A program made the position numbers and the translations under genes. A stretch of DNA of 64,000 nt. Source: Girardia tigrina. Taxonomy: Eukaryota. Shown here in pieces: positions 40,064-51,899 of the stretch. Positions within the stretch are counted from its first letter, which is position 1. Every line of letters begins with the position of its first letter. The notes below the pieces were generated by a model. The model had not been told where the DNA came from, ran no database searches, and saw only the letters and a list, made by a program, of their open reading frames with translations. The DNA lies in contig MQRK01217779.1 of assembly GCA_001938485.1 (NCBI GenBank), forward strand, positions 16,907-80,906, written 5' to 3'.

Positions 40064-40600
40064 TTTAAATATTTTTATACGAAATTATTTGTTAACTTAA
40101 ATTAGAAAAAATGTAATTTTTACAAATATGAAATATTTTTATTAATAGTTCTCATAGTATTTTTTTATATCAAAAGAAAAATCTTTAATTAAAATCTTTT
40201 AATTATACTAGATATATTATGAACTAAAATATATTTTGATCAATATTTTTTTAATTATCATGATTAATTATGCATGAGTAAAGTGACATTTTAAAAAAGT
40301 TTAGAAAACCATATATTAGTCAAGATTGATCTAAGTATCCGAGAGTTTATCATTTTCTTCATTTTCCTTTTCTCGTATATTATATTTCATAGTAATTGAG
40401 CATTTACACTTTTAGAGCTAGGATTCAGAATTGCATAAAATGCTGCTTTTTTATAATTTAATTTCTTTCATGTTTGTAGATCCATTAGTTCTAACAATTA
40501 TTATAAAATTAACCTTTACTTTGTAAAATATGAATATATAGTTGACATAAAACAAATTTGTTCATCGTTAGTGTTAGGTTGGGAATTATCTTCCATTCTA

Positions 40601-41898
40601 TTGGGTATACAACTAATTAATTTCATATTTTTTTGTTAAAAAATCATTTATTTAAGTATAAAAGTGAAAAAATATTTTATTCAAAATATTGTCCATCGGA
40701 AGCGGCAACTTTTTCCCATCTGTCAGGCAATTTATGGATTCCATCCCAAAAAAACTTCTCATCTCTTGTGCCGAGAAAGTCATCAAGCCATTTTTTAATA
40801 CCTTCAATATTGGTGAACCGTATTCCAGAAAGGTGATTCTGCATCGACCGAAACAAGTGGTAATCAGAAGGAGCTATGTCTGGGCTATNNNNNNNNNNNN
40901 NNNNNNNNNNNNNNNNNNNNNNNNNNNNNNNNNNNNNNNNNNNNNNNNNNNNNNNNNNNNNNNNNNNNNNNNNNNNNNNNNNNNNNNNNNNNNNNNNNNN
41001 NNNNNNNATTCTGGCCGTTTTTCGGCTATTGCTTGCTTCAAACGTATCAATTGTTGCCTGTATAGCTCTCCCGTGATAGTCTGGCCCGATTTTAACAGCT
41101 CATAGTACAGCACACCCTTCTGATCCTACCAAATACAGAGCATTACCTTCAAACCATGAATATTCGACTTTGGTGTCGATTTGGCTGGTTGGCCTGGCTT
41201 CACATATGATCTTTTACGCTCTGGGTTGTCGTAATGAATCCATTTTTCATCGCCAGTGACAATACGATGTAAAAACGGTTTCTTTTTGTGGTGATTAAGC
41301 AGCATTTCAGACATGTAAAATCGTCTCTCAACGTCTCTCGGCTTCAATTCATGTGGCACCCAATTTCCTTGTTTCTGAATGTATCCGGCTGCTTTTAAAC
41401 GTTTAGAAATGCCTTGTTGAGTGACTTCCAATGTTTTTCCAAGTTCTTCTTGAGTTTGATATGGATCTTGATCGAGTAATGCCTCCAATTCTTTGTCTTC
41501 AAACTTTTTTGATGGGCCTGATCGCTCTTTGTCTTCTGTGTCAAAATCGCCACTTTTAAAACGTGCAAACCACTGCTGACATACTCTAACCTCTGGAGCA
41601 TATTCAGGATAAGCTTCTGAGAGTAAACGATGTGTTTGTGTTGCACTTTTCCTTAAATTAAAGAACAAAAGCAAACCTTCCCGCAAATGCTGTTTTGTTG
41701 GAATGTAATTTGACATTTTGACTGTAATAAAAAAATTTGTGTGTTTACTAAAATTCAATAAAATTGACTATTGACTACATAAATAGATATGAGGTTAGTA
41801 ACAAATTCGAAATGAGGTAACAAATATGAAATGAGGTAACAAATACGAATATAAGGTTATTTCGTAACAAATACGAAATTAATTAGTTGTACACCTAA
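40601..41898 (-). mobile_element. mariner (mauritiana-like), near full length with a premature stop
   Basis: TIRs ttaggtgtacaactaattaatttc, TA flanks; ORF 41126-41758 with WVPHELKPRDVERR and VTGDEKW; C-terminal IAQT.../GQYFE on the other side of the gap. Confidence 0.92.
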
Positions 41899-42197
41899 TA
41901 AATCAAAAGAAATTAAAACTTGCAAAATTTATTCAAAATCTACAAAAGGTTAAATTTGTTACTTAAACAAATTTTCATTTTTTTATTTTCTTTTTTTTAG
42001 TTTTCCAATATTTTTTTAATTTAGATTATAATTCGAAATTTTTAAAAAACCGAATTTCCTATTTCTGAAAATTAAAAAATCAACAACAACACTTTCTTAC
42101 AGTTAGTATACTTTTTACCAGTTACCATCCTTCAAAATGAATTCTTAACCAATAAATGCTTTTTAAAAATAATTATAATATTAATGTAATTTATTAG

Positions 42198-42281
42198 GCA
42201 ATGATGGATAGGGATAAAAAGGATGAACTTCCAAAGCTGCAAGTCGAGTTTATTGATCAAATTTGCTTGCCTTTATATCAG
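42198..42281 (+). CDS. PDE5/11-family exon (invariant nucleotide-binding Gln)
   Basis: [28 protein letters not shown]; AG/GT; phase 0/0. Confidence 0.95.
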
Positions 42282-42374
42282 GTTTGTTTATGATGCAAAT
42301 ATTGACATTCAGTTATAATATTATTTTTCTTAACAATTATGAGGTAGGATATTGAATAAAATGAATATTTTCAG

Positions 42375-42479
42375 GCGATCGCAAAAGTTTCATCACATCT
42401 AACTCCGTTATTGTCGGGCTGCATGGAAAACAGGGAGCACTGGGAATCAATGTGGCAAGAGAGATTGAAGTTAAAATAA
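42375..42479 (+). CDS. PDE5/11-family terminal exon
   Basis: AIAKVSSHLTPLLSGCMENREHWESMWQERLKLK*, after a 93-nt intron; N-R-x-x-W ending typical of PDEs. Confidence 0.9.
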   Translation, partial: AIAKVSSHLTPLLSGCMENREHWESMWQERLKLK

Positions 42480-43149
42480 ATATCGAAATCTCTATAAACT
42501 AGATTTGCAACTATTATTAATTAAACCTAGATGACATTTATTTGTTTTTACGGGTATATTAAGATGTAGAAAAGATCCAGTTGTCAGAAGTAATGTTAAT
42601 ATAATATTTAAAAAACTATTATTGGATATTTACAGATGGTGGGATTGTTATTGCTTGATGAAATGTGACTCTTTATTTTTGTATATAAATGCATATAGAT
42701 TGTATAACTTTATAAATCGCTTTTTGAAAGAAATGCAATCAAACTTTATTATATATGGTGTACTTGATTTGTTGGAAAACATATTTTTATTAAAGATTAA
42801 ATTATAATACTTTATATTTACACGCATAAAAGTGAAATCAAACACCGTTATGGAAAATATAATTTTATTTTGTAAAATATTTCTTTTTTCAATTTAATTA
42901 CAAAACATCGACAATCCCATGGGTATAAACGATGTAGATGTTTTCATTTGCCTCAGAAAGGCCCTGGGAATTTGGTACAATATTAATGTCTTTTGCTCGT
43001 TCTTAAAAAAAAGAAATGTATTGATTTAGTGGGAATAGCTTTCTAAACACCGACGATGGCGTTTTTATGCTTGCTAAATATTTCTTTATTTAGATAAATA
43101 ATTTCTTGTTATTTTACTATCTTGGTAAAGAAAATATTGCGCGACTTTA

Positions 43150-44700
43150 GCGTGCTGATCAGCGTTTCTCTACTGCTACGTACTTTCTACTTTAGCGTGT
43201 GGTCAAATTTCGGTAGCACTGTATTAAATCACCGCCGTCTCAAGTAGATCGCAAAGTATGGGTTACAATCCATCGTACATCAGACTATTCCAATCTTTGG
43301 AAGATTACCGTTTAAGAAACGAGGTTGCAATTCTTAATCAACAACAGACAGATTGGTACCAGTAACTTTTCCACAGACGGAGTATAGATCCCTTCTGGTC
43401 TTAATATCGTAGCGATTTATATTTAACTTGTTTGCTCGTCTTCAACGTGGTTATCGCGATAAACTTCTAAACCCAAGACTTTCACTAGTGTTTCTGTTTG
43501 ACTTTTTTTGGTTCTATCGAAACTACTCTGAATTCCAACAAATGATCCCTTGCGGACTCTAAAGGAACCTTACTTTGATCAACGATTTTGTCATTAATAT
43601 ACAAATCAATGGCATTACTGATGTAAGGATGAATTAACAAAACTTTCTGCTTTATTTTTTTCATGACCGTTGGTGCCACGTTCAAAGCGAACCCCATTCT
43701 AGTTAAGGTGTATTTCTTATTTTTGTACAACACGGTTTGGAATGGTAGTATTTCGACCTACATGAACACTTTAATATATACATTCTTCAAATCCACTATC
43801 GTACACTTGTCGGACTTTTTCTCAACCACCTAAGCTTCTCGCAACAAACCACACTGCTTCCACTATATACATCAACATATCTATTGATATTTCTGAAATC
43901 AAAATCTGGTCTACCTTCATTTTTATTTGCTTGAACTACCGGGAAAATAGGAATCGTACACTTGGGCAGCAAAAATCTAGATTCGTCGTACGAGATTTAA
44001 AGTGCTTTTTTGATCTACGGCTCAATCACTTCGAATTTGTCTCTTCAAAAAGCATCAAAGTTGTAATAATGACATTAGTAATCAAATTTCGGATCCTTAC
44101 AGATTGACCACTTTCATTTCAATCTCAAAGATTTATCATAGTACACTTCGAAATTCTTTTCCATTATTGTAAATCCTTTGGATTTTTTTGCATCACAAAC
44201 TTCAGACGATGCCCAATTTGTCCGTTCGTAACCAAAGATCGTATCATTGTTAATCGTTATGTCTCCAAATTTTTGATTACACCTAAACCTATGATAACCT
44301 TAAACCCTGAAAGCATTCTGTTAATGGAGCATCTATTACAGTCAATCATAACATCTAAAGTAGTTTCTTGAGCTTAAACTATACTCCTATTCATCATGAT
44401 TATCCTTCTATAACATTTTGACGGATTACCAGCAACGATAGTCATGGATTTACTTTAGTCACTTAATACTAAAATTTCATGACCATGAAAAATCAGTGAT
44501 CAGACTTAATCAGGGAGTACAACCGGCCTATACTTCAATGTACTCCATTTTTCGTTTCCCGAACGACATTTCTTGCAGGAAAGACTAAAACCCTTACAAT
44601 TTTTCACTGTCGTCCAGCTTTATATTTGTTTGCAAAGTAGCATGTTGTAGGATTCTAAAACACATACATTGCGTTCCATTGACGGCACTTTTTCTGGGTT
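43150..44700 (-). mobile_element. Decayed relative of the short-LTR gypsy at 31071
   Basis: YTLTRMGFALNVAP...LYIND (compare YALSRMGFGLNIAP...SYIDD); gag end cgttcgggaaacgaa shared. Boundaries approximate. Confidence 0.7.
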
Positions 44701-45427
44701 TATAAATCTAAATAAAATGTTTTAACTCTGAAAGAAGAGAAAATTGGTCCAAAAATAATTGAATATAGAGAAGTAAAAAGAGAAAATGAGTAAAAAGTGA
44801 AAAAGGAAAAGTTAAACAAGTCAGAAAGTTTAATATAAAAGAATTCTTATCGTAAAATGAATTAAGAATCTTTTGTCTAGAAGAAATGGCAAAATATATA
44901 TGAAAACAGGATCAAAAATCAAGTAAAGATTTCCAACAAAAAAGTAATGTGTGAAAATAAATGTAAATTACAATGGTAAATGAGATACGAAAAGAAAAAC
45001 AAAACTAAGTGAAAATTTTGAAAAAGAATTAATGCGTAAAAACAGAAGCGAAATCTTTGGAAACTATAATTAAAAAGAAATCGAAACTTTTGAGATCTTA
45101 ATAATTATTTATCGCTGAACTTTCAGAATACATCAAATAAATCGCAATTTAAAGTTGGCAAGAAATTGTTAATTTGTAAAATAGTAAAAATTTCTATTCA
45201 TATGATTCAAACGATTTCATAATAAAAGGAAATCAAAATAGATTGAGAGTGACAGTTTTTAAAAGGATAGACGACACAAAAGAGGACATCCTTTTCATCA
45301 AAAAAATAAGTCGATATTGCTTTATAAGAATATCGATGGATATAGCCGAAGCCCCGAGTACATTTCAAGAGTTGAATATGAAAGTATAAAATTCAATTAA
45401 GAAAGAAACATTGGTTTACTTAGACGA

Positions 45428-45740
45428 TGTGAGGAATATTTGAAACATTTGATGTTTCGTTCTTGAATGTTGTGTGTTGATATGTAATAGTGTCTCTCTT
45501 GCCCAGATGATTGATTAATATTCTAATTCTTGCTACCTAAGAGTATGTAAAGTTTAATATATTTCTAACTTTAAATGATTGTAAAATTTAAAATAAGTTG
45601 ATTAATTTTATTTACAATTTTTAAATTATTAAATTCAATTAATATTTTTAAAATAATTAATATTCTTTTTACAAATGATAGCAATAAAATTTGTAGTTAA
45701 TATTTAAACGGACTATTTATTCTCTATTTACTCAGATAAT
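45428..45740 (+). repeat. Truncated LTR of the 46289 family
   Basis: Starts tgtgaggaatattt and contains tctcttgcccagatg; 3' end lost. Confidence 0.55.
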
Positions 45741-46288
45741 AGAATTAAAATCATTAATAAATAAAAAGGATGCTAATGCACGAAAGCTTTTGCCAAAAGA
45801 TAATCCAGAGGACAATCCAACTAATAAAAATATTGAAAGTCACATTAGCGTTCTTAATATACGATATTAAGCCTTCTCGGACAGGAAGGATAACTGAGTA
45901 TCTTAGAGACTACAGTACCAGTATTGGCGTACAGGGTAATGAGCCATCGGATAGAAACCATAAATAGACAATACATAGTGTTCTGTATTCCGCCCATAGA
46001 TATAGAAAAAGTCATACAGTAAATTCAAGAAAAATGAAAACATGGAATTTATCAATTTTGATTAGTCTCAAAAGCCGTCATTTGACCACTCCTGTAGGTT
46101 TAGTGTTAATAGAAATTACGGTTTTCGCGTTTTCTTCTTATGACATGCTTCTGTCATTTCCCTATCTTCGGATAAAATAATAAAAAATTAATAAACAATA
46201 ATTATTATTAATTATTAACCTCATTAGAGTGTCGTCAGCACAGCTCATAGGGGAATATTTAAAAACATCCATTTTTTATTAAATGATG

Positions 46289-46747
46289 TGTGAGTAATGT
46301 TTTAATTTGTTTGAATGTGTAAATGTATGGATAAGGTATGTTGATTTAAGTATGTTGAATTTAGAATGGTGATTCTCCCACCCAGATGTAAATTGGTATT
46401 TTTAATTTAAATTTAAAGTGATTGATTATTCGAACACAATTAAAATTAAGTTTAATATTTTTAGTAAAATTTAAATTAAATGCATTTTTAATAATTTGAT
46501 GATATTTTTATTATTTTAAGATTTATTGAAAAATGGTAAAAATTATTATTTTTTTAATAAATATTTTTAGAGGCTAAATATTTTTAAAAATAAATTAGAA
46601 AAATGTTCGAATAATCATGATTAAAAACAGAAATAAGAATACCAATTAGAAGGATGACAAACGATGAAAGACTTTCTGAGAGTCATAATGACTCTAAATG
46701 TGATTTTAATAAACATTGAAACGAGACTTGTTTAAATGTTCTTAATA
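46289..46747 (+). repeat. 5' LTR (459 bp, TG...TA)
   Basis: Direct repeat of 50952-51411; contains hairpin agagtca-taa-tgactct and AATAAA near its 3' end. Confidence 0.93.
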
Positions 46748-47790
46748 TGGCGACACACGACCACGTGACACCAGTTAAGAGACCGGAGACATTCGATGGG
46801 TCAGAAGTAAAATTAGAAGAATTCATAATAAGCTTTGAGAGATATTCAAAGATTTTGGGATTTAAGGAAGAAAGAAAAGCAATATTAGTTACAGCATTCA
46901 TGACCCCAGAAGCGATAAACAAATATGAGAAGACACAAGGAGGAAGCTGGGAAACGAGAATGAGAAGTGCATTCTCAAAAGAGAAAGATATTTTAGAGAT
47001 AATGAAGGAGCTTGTAGAGATTAGAATCGGGGATAAAAATCCATTAGAAGTATTTAAAAAGATTGATGAACTAGTGGAAAAACTAGTTGAGAAAAAACTA
47101 GGAAAAAAGGAACTTTCAGATCTAGCGTACGCCAACGCCTTCGAAGATAGAGAAGTAAGAAGAGAAATGACTCTGAGAAATGCTACAAAAGCAGAAGATA
47201 TAAAAAATATCCAGGAGAAAATTTACGAATTTAAGCTTAAAGATAGGAATATAAGAGTAGACGCGTACACGACAAAGGAAAATAAAGAATGGAAGAAAGT
47301 AGAATATAGAACAAGAAGACCGAGACCACGATACGAAGAGAGAAAGATCAAAGAACCAAGAATAAATTTTAATGTGATAAGGATCATGTGTCGGGTCTGC
47401 CATGAAGAAGGACATGTGAGACTTGAATGCCCAAATTGTAAATGCAGCCATTGTAATAAGAAAGGGCATGTAAGAACACAATGTTATGAAAATCCAAACA
47501 TATTTAGAGAACGCGAACAATCTGGAAGAGAAGATACAAGGAATAGAAGAAATGAACGAAAAGAACACGCAAACACACAGTACAGAGGTCTGATGGGATA
47601 TACGAATAGAAGAGACCAAGTAGCAGAATTAGAAGACTCCGATGACGAGTGGGAAAGAATGTCGGAAAGATCGAATAAAAGAGGAAGTCTAACAAGAAGA
47701 AAAAATATTACAAACAAGAAAAACTTCAGAGACGAACAGGGAAACGAGGAGGCACGGTCACAGGGAGAAGTGATCAGTGCACTTCACTAA
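46747..47790 (+). CDS. gag: Retrotransposon Gag with two CCHC zinc knuckles
   Basis: Intact 347-aa ORF; CRVCHEEGHVRLEC and CSHCNKKGHVRTQC. Confidence 0.9.
   Translation: MATHDHVTPVKRPETFDGSEVKLEEFIISFERYSKILGFKEERKAILVTAFMTPEAINKYEKTQGGSWETRMRSAFSKEKDILEIMKELVEIRIGDKNPLEVFKKIDELVEKLVEKKLGKKELSDLAYANAFEDREVRREMTLRNATKAEDIKNIQEKIYEFKLKDRNIRVDAYTTKENKEWKKVEYRTRRPRPRYEERKIKEPRINFNVIRIMCRVCHEEGHVRLECPNCKCSHCNKKGHVRTQCYENPNIFREREQSGREDTRNRRNERKEHANTQYRGLMGYTNRRDQVAELEDSDDEWERMSERSNKRGSLTRRKNITNKKNFRDEQGNEEARSQGEVISALH
47739..47785 (+). promoter_or_regulatory. Predicted -1 programmed ribosomal frameshift signal
   Basis: G GGA AAC in gag phase, 6-nt spacer, then stem gcac-ggtcac/gtgatc-(a)-gtgc. 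The -1 frame is open into the pol ORF at 47802. Confidence 0.75.
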
Positions 47791-50700
47791 GAAACGAATG
47801 TATGTGTATGTTTGATTGTATGAATGATTGTTTGTATGATGACGTATGTTGTGTATGGGATGCTGTTGAAAATATTCCTCAAGAATTGTGTATATTAGAT
47901 GGTGAAAAAGAAATACACAATGAGGAATGGGACAGTTTGATCACAGAAAAAGATGAAGAAAGAAGCACAGAGATAATGAAAATATCAAAGTTTAGAATAG
48001 AATATAAAGAACTGAAAGGGAGACCTAGTATAGGATTTCAAATAAAGAATAAAAAAGTACGATGTCTACTGGATACGGGAGCACGAGTCAATGTAATTAA
48101 AGTAGACGTACTCAAAAATATGAAAAATATCAAAATAAAGGAGACAAAAAGACGTATACACTGTGCTAACGATTCGGAACTAGTAAATTACGGAATAGTA
48201 CAACTAAAGATTAAGATTGAAAGAATGAAGAAAATAGTGGATTTTTTTGTGGTAAAAGATTTGGAACCCGAAATGATTGCAGGAATAGATTTCCTAAATA
48301 AATTCAATATAAAACTAAAGAAAGAAACAGGATACAACGAAGGAGTGCTAGTAATATGTGATACTTTAACTGACGGAGACAGACTTAAAAGAATACGGGA
48401 AATATACGCAGATAAGATAGATGAACCATTAATGAAATTACTAATAGAATATAAAACGATATTTATGGCGGACAAATAGGATATAGGGAAGACCTCACTA
48501 ACTAAGCATAAAATTGAAACGCAAAGAGAACCAATATTGGTAAAACCGTACCGACAGTCAAAACACTGAGGAAAAACTAGATGATATTATCAAGAATTAC
48601 GAGGAAAATGATATCATTGAAAAATGCAGTTCGCCGTGGAATTTTCCGCTAGTATGCGTATGGAAAAAAGACAAACAGGATATCAGAGTATGTTTTGATT
48701 TTCGACAATTAAATAAAGTCACAATCAGACCAGCATTTCCAATGCCAAATGTAGAAGAAATGCTTAATACATTAATTGGAGTGAAATAGCACGATCGATT
48801 TGGGGAGTGCATATCATCAAGTTGAATTGGAGAACGATTCAAAATTAAAAACTGCATCTACGACAAAGAACGGTCAATATTGTTTTAAAAGAATGCCATT
48901 CGGAATTGCAGCTGCCCCAGCGACATTTCAAGAACTAATCTCAAGAGTGTTAGGAGAATTAAACTGGAAAGAAGCAGTTGTATACCTGGACGATATTCTA
49001 ATCTTCGCAAAAGACAAAGAAGAACATTTCAGACGAGTCGAACACATATTTCAAAAGATTAAAGAATCGGGCCTTCAGATAAACCCTAAAAAGTGTCAAT
49101 TCATGGTAGAAAAGACAAATAGAATATGTCGTGAGCAAAGATGATATAGAGACGGATAAAACGAAAATTGAAGCAATCGACAAATTTCAAAATCCTTCAT
49201 GCATTAAACATTTAAGAAGTTTCTTGGGGCTAACGAACTATTATAGAAAATTTTTGAAGGCTTATGCAAAATATTCAAAAATACTGGAAGGACTATGTGG
49301 AAAAAATAAACATAAAAAATTGACATGGACAAAGGAATGTGACGAAGCATTTCAGACATTAAAAGATAAAATGACAAAAACACTGATCCTAGCATATCCA
49401 GATTTCGAAAAAGAGTTTATACTGGATACAGACGCCAGTTTTGATACAATCGGGGTAGTACTGGCACAGAAGGATGCATACGGAAGGGAAAGAGTAATTG
49501 CATATGGATCCCACAAAATAAACAAACACGAACTAGGATACTGTATTACAAGAAAAGAATTATTGGTAATCTATTACTTTACCCAACCCTTCAAACATTT
49601 CTTATACGGAAAGAAGTTTCTACTTAGAACGGACCATAAGGCCATCACATTCATGATGACAACAAAGAACCAAATAACTCCACAATTCCAAACTTGGATA
49701 AACTTCCTTAGTGAACTAGACATGAGGATGGAATACCGTAATGACGAAAAACATACCAATGCAGACGTAATGTCGAGAAATACATTTGAACTATGTGTAC
49801 AATGTCAGACAATGCACAATGACGCTAAAAAAGGAAAAGTTAAAACTAGAATCCCTACCTTAACAGAAGATTCAGAAGAGTTCATTTGGCAGACGAATGA
49901 TGAAGAAATAGAACAGATTAAAGAAAATATTAAAATGGGAAAGACAAAAGAATGGCTACTGAAAAACAATATCGTGACGACAAGAGATAACAAATATTGG
50001 ATCTCTATGAAGAAGAGAACAGACTTTATAGAAGATATAGATAAAATGTTATGCCATGCAGGAAGTAAAAAATTATACAATTACATTAAAGATGATTTCG
50101 ATATGTATGAAATAAGACAACAGATAAAGAAAATCGTACAAAGTTGCGAAAACTGCCAGAAAAGGAAGACGCTGACGGCAAAAACGAAAGAAAAACACAT
50201 TAAACAATCTGCCGACGAACCATTTCAAAAAATTTACATGGACTTTTGTGGACCATTCAGAAGGACTATGAATGGATACCAATACATTGTAGCAATAATC
50301 GATCAATTTAGTAGGTACATTAGCTTGACCCCAGTGGCACACCAAGACGAGAAGACTACACTAAAGGTACTACTAGAGAAATGGATTTGGAAATTCGGAC
50401 CACCAAAAGAGATACACGTTGATAGAGGTAAAACTTTCGAATCGGTACTCTTTAAAGAAACGACGAAGAATTTTAAGACGGAAATAGTCTATTCAAGTCC
50501 TTATCACCACAACACTAACGGGATCATTGAAAGACAATTCAGAACTATAAGGGACGCCATAAATATACGATTAAAGGATGAAATGCATAGAGATTGGGTA
50601 GAAATGTTGCAGAAATAGAATTCATGTTAAACGGTACAATCCAAGCAACAGCTGGAATATCTCCAGCCGAGATAATCTTCGGAAGAAAACTAAGGCATTG

Positions 50701-50956
50701 GTGGAAAACTACAACAGAAGGAAAACGTGGAGAAAAAGAAAATAAAAATATAACTGAAACAAAGCGAATATTTCAGGTCGGAGAAAAAGTCTTGATAAAG
50801 AAAATTAACCCATCTAAAAATGATGACCGTTATATGGGACCAGCTAAAATTATAAAGCAAAGACACGAAAGAAGTTATGAGATACAAGTAGAGGACGGCA
50901 GGATCCTGATCAGAAATGTAGAATGGCTAAAGCCATTTAAACCGAGAGGGATTTGA
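47739..50956 (+). pseudogene. pol: pol polyprotein (PR LDTGA, RT YLDD, RNase H, integrase) with one stop and several frameshifts
   Basis: Pieces 47802-48479, 48800-49144, 49131-50618 and 50594-50956; TAG at 48477-48479 where the related copy has Trp. Confidence 0.9.
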
Positions 50957-51411
50957 GGAATATTTTAATTTGTTTAAATGTGTAAATGTATGGATAAGGT
51001 ATGTTGATTTAAGTATGTTTAATTTAGAATGGTGATTCTCCCACCCAGATTGAAATTGGTATTTTTTATTTAAATTTAAAGTTATTGACTATTCGAACAC
51101 TATTAAAATTAAGTTTAATATTTTTTAGTAAAATTTAAATTAAATGCATTTTTAATAATTTGATGACATTTGTATTATTTAAAGATTTATTGAAAAATGG
51201 TAAAACTTATTATTTTTTAATTAATATTTTTAGAGTTTAAATATTTTAAAAAATAAATTCGAAAAATTGTTCGAATAATCATGATTAAAAATAGAAATAA
51301 GAAAACCAATTAGAATGATGACAAACGATGAAAGACTTTCTGAGAGTCATAATGACTCTAAATGTGATTAAAATAAACATTCAAACGAGACTTGTTTAAA
51401 TGTTCTTAATA
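50952..51411 (+). repeat. 3' LTR (460 bp)
   Basis: Direct repeat of the 5' LTR, followed by TSD TGATG. Confidence 0.93.
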
Positions 51412-51899
51412 TGATGGATTTCTCTAATTTCAAAGAAATGTAGTTTGCACAACGTGTATATTGACTTGTGTATGTGTTTATTGTATGTGTTGTGTGTATC
51501 TTTAGAACGTGATATTATTCTTTATATATTAAATTTTTATCAAGTGTAGGTAGTTCTTATTAAAGTATGCTTTTAGTTTTTTAAGCATTTTAATTGGATA
51601 GTTAATTTTAGATCGGAATTTTTAGTCTGAAATTTCTTATCAAATGCCCGATATTTGTTATCAACTGCAAGCGACTGTAATAAACTGTGGTAGAAAATAA
51701 TTTTTTCGAAATTATTCGAACAATGACTATGATGACTATCACATGATTCGATTTCAAAATTCAATAACAATTTTTTTATGAACATTGTTCAATAATTAAA
51801 ATGTTCTTATATTTTATTATTAATTACTTTTTTATTATTAATTTAACTTATATCATTATACTCTTATCCTTAAGCCTTTATAAACCTTTCTTAAGAAAT

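Larger units (their letters stand above)
46289..51411 (+). mobile_element. Structurally complete Ty3/gypsy LTR retrotransposon (pol defective)
   Basis: LTRs 46289-46747 and 50952-51411; TSD TGATG at 46284-46288 and 51412-51416; PBS TGGCGAC; PPT ~50944-50951; order gag, PR, RT, RH, INT. Confidence 0.96.

Noticed and set aside
44750-46260. Purine-rich coding-like stretches flanking the partial LTR at 45428
   Set aside because: Probably very old TE debris; no motif I can name with confidence.
46683-50887. Minus-strand ORFs opposite gag/pol (also 14897-15289, 33330-33923, 59829-60239, 63315-63743)
   Set aside because: Antisense shadows of purine-rich TE coding strands, with no independent motifs.
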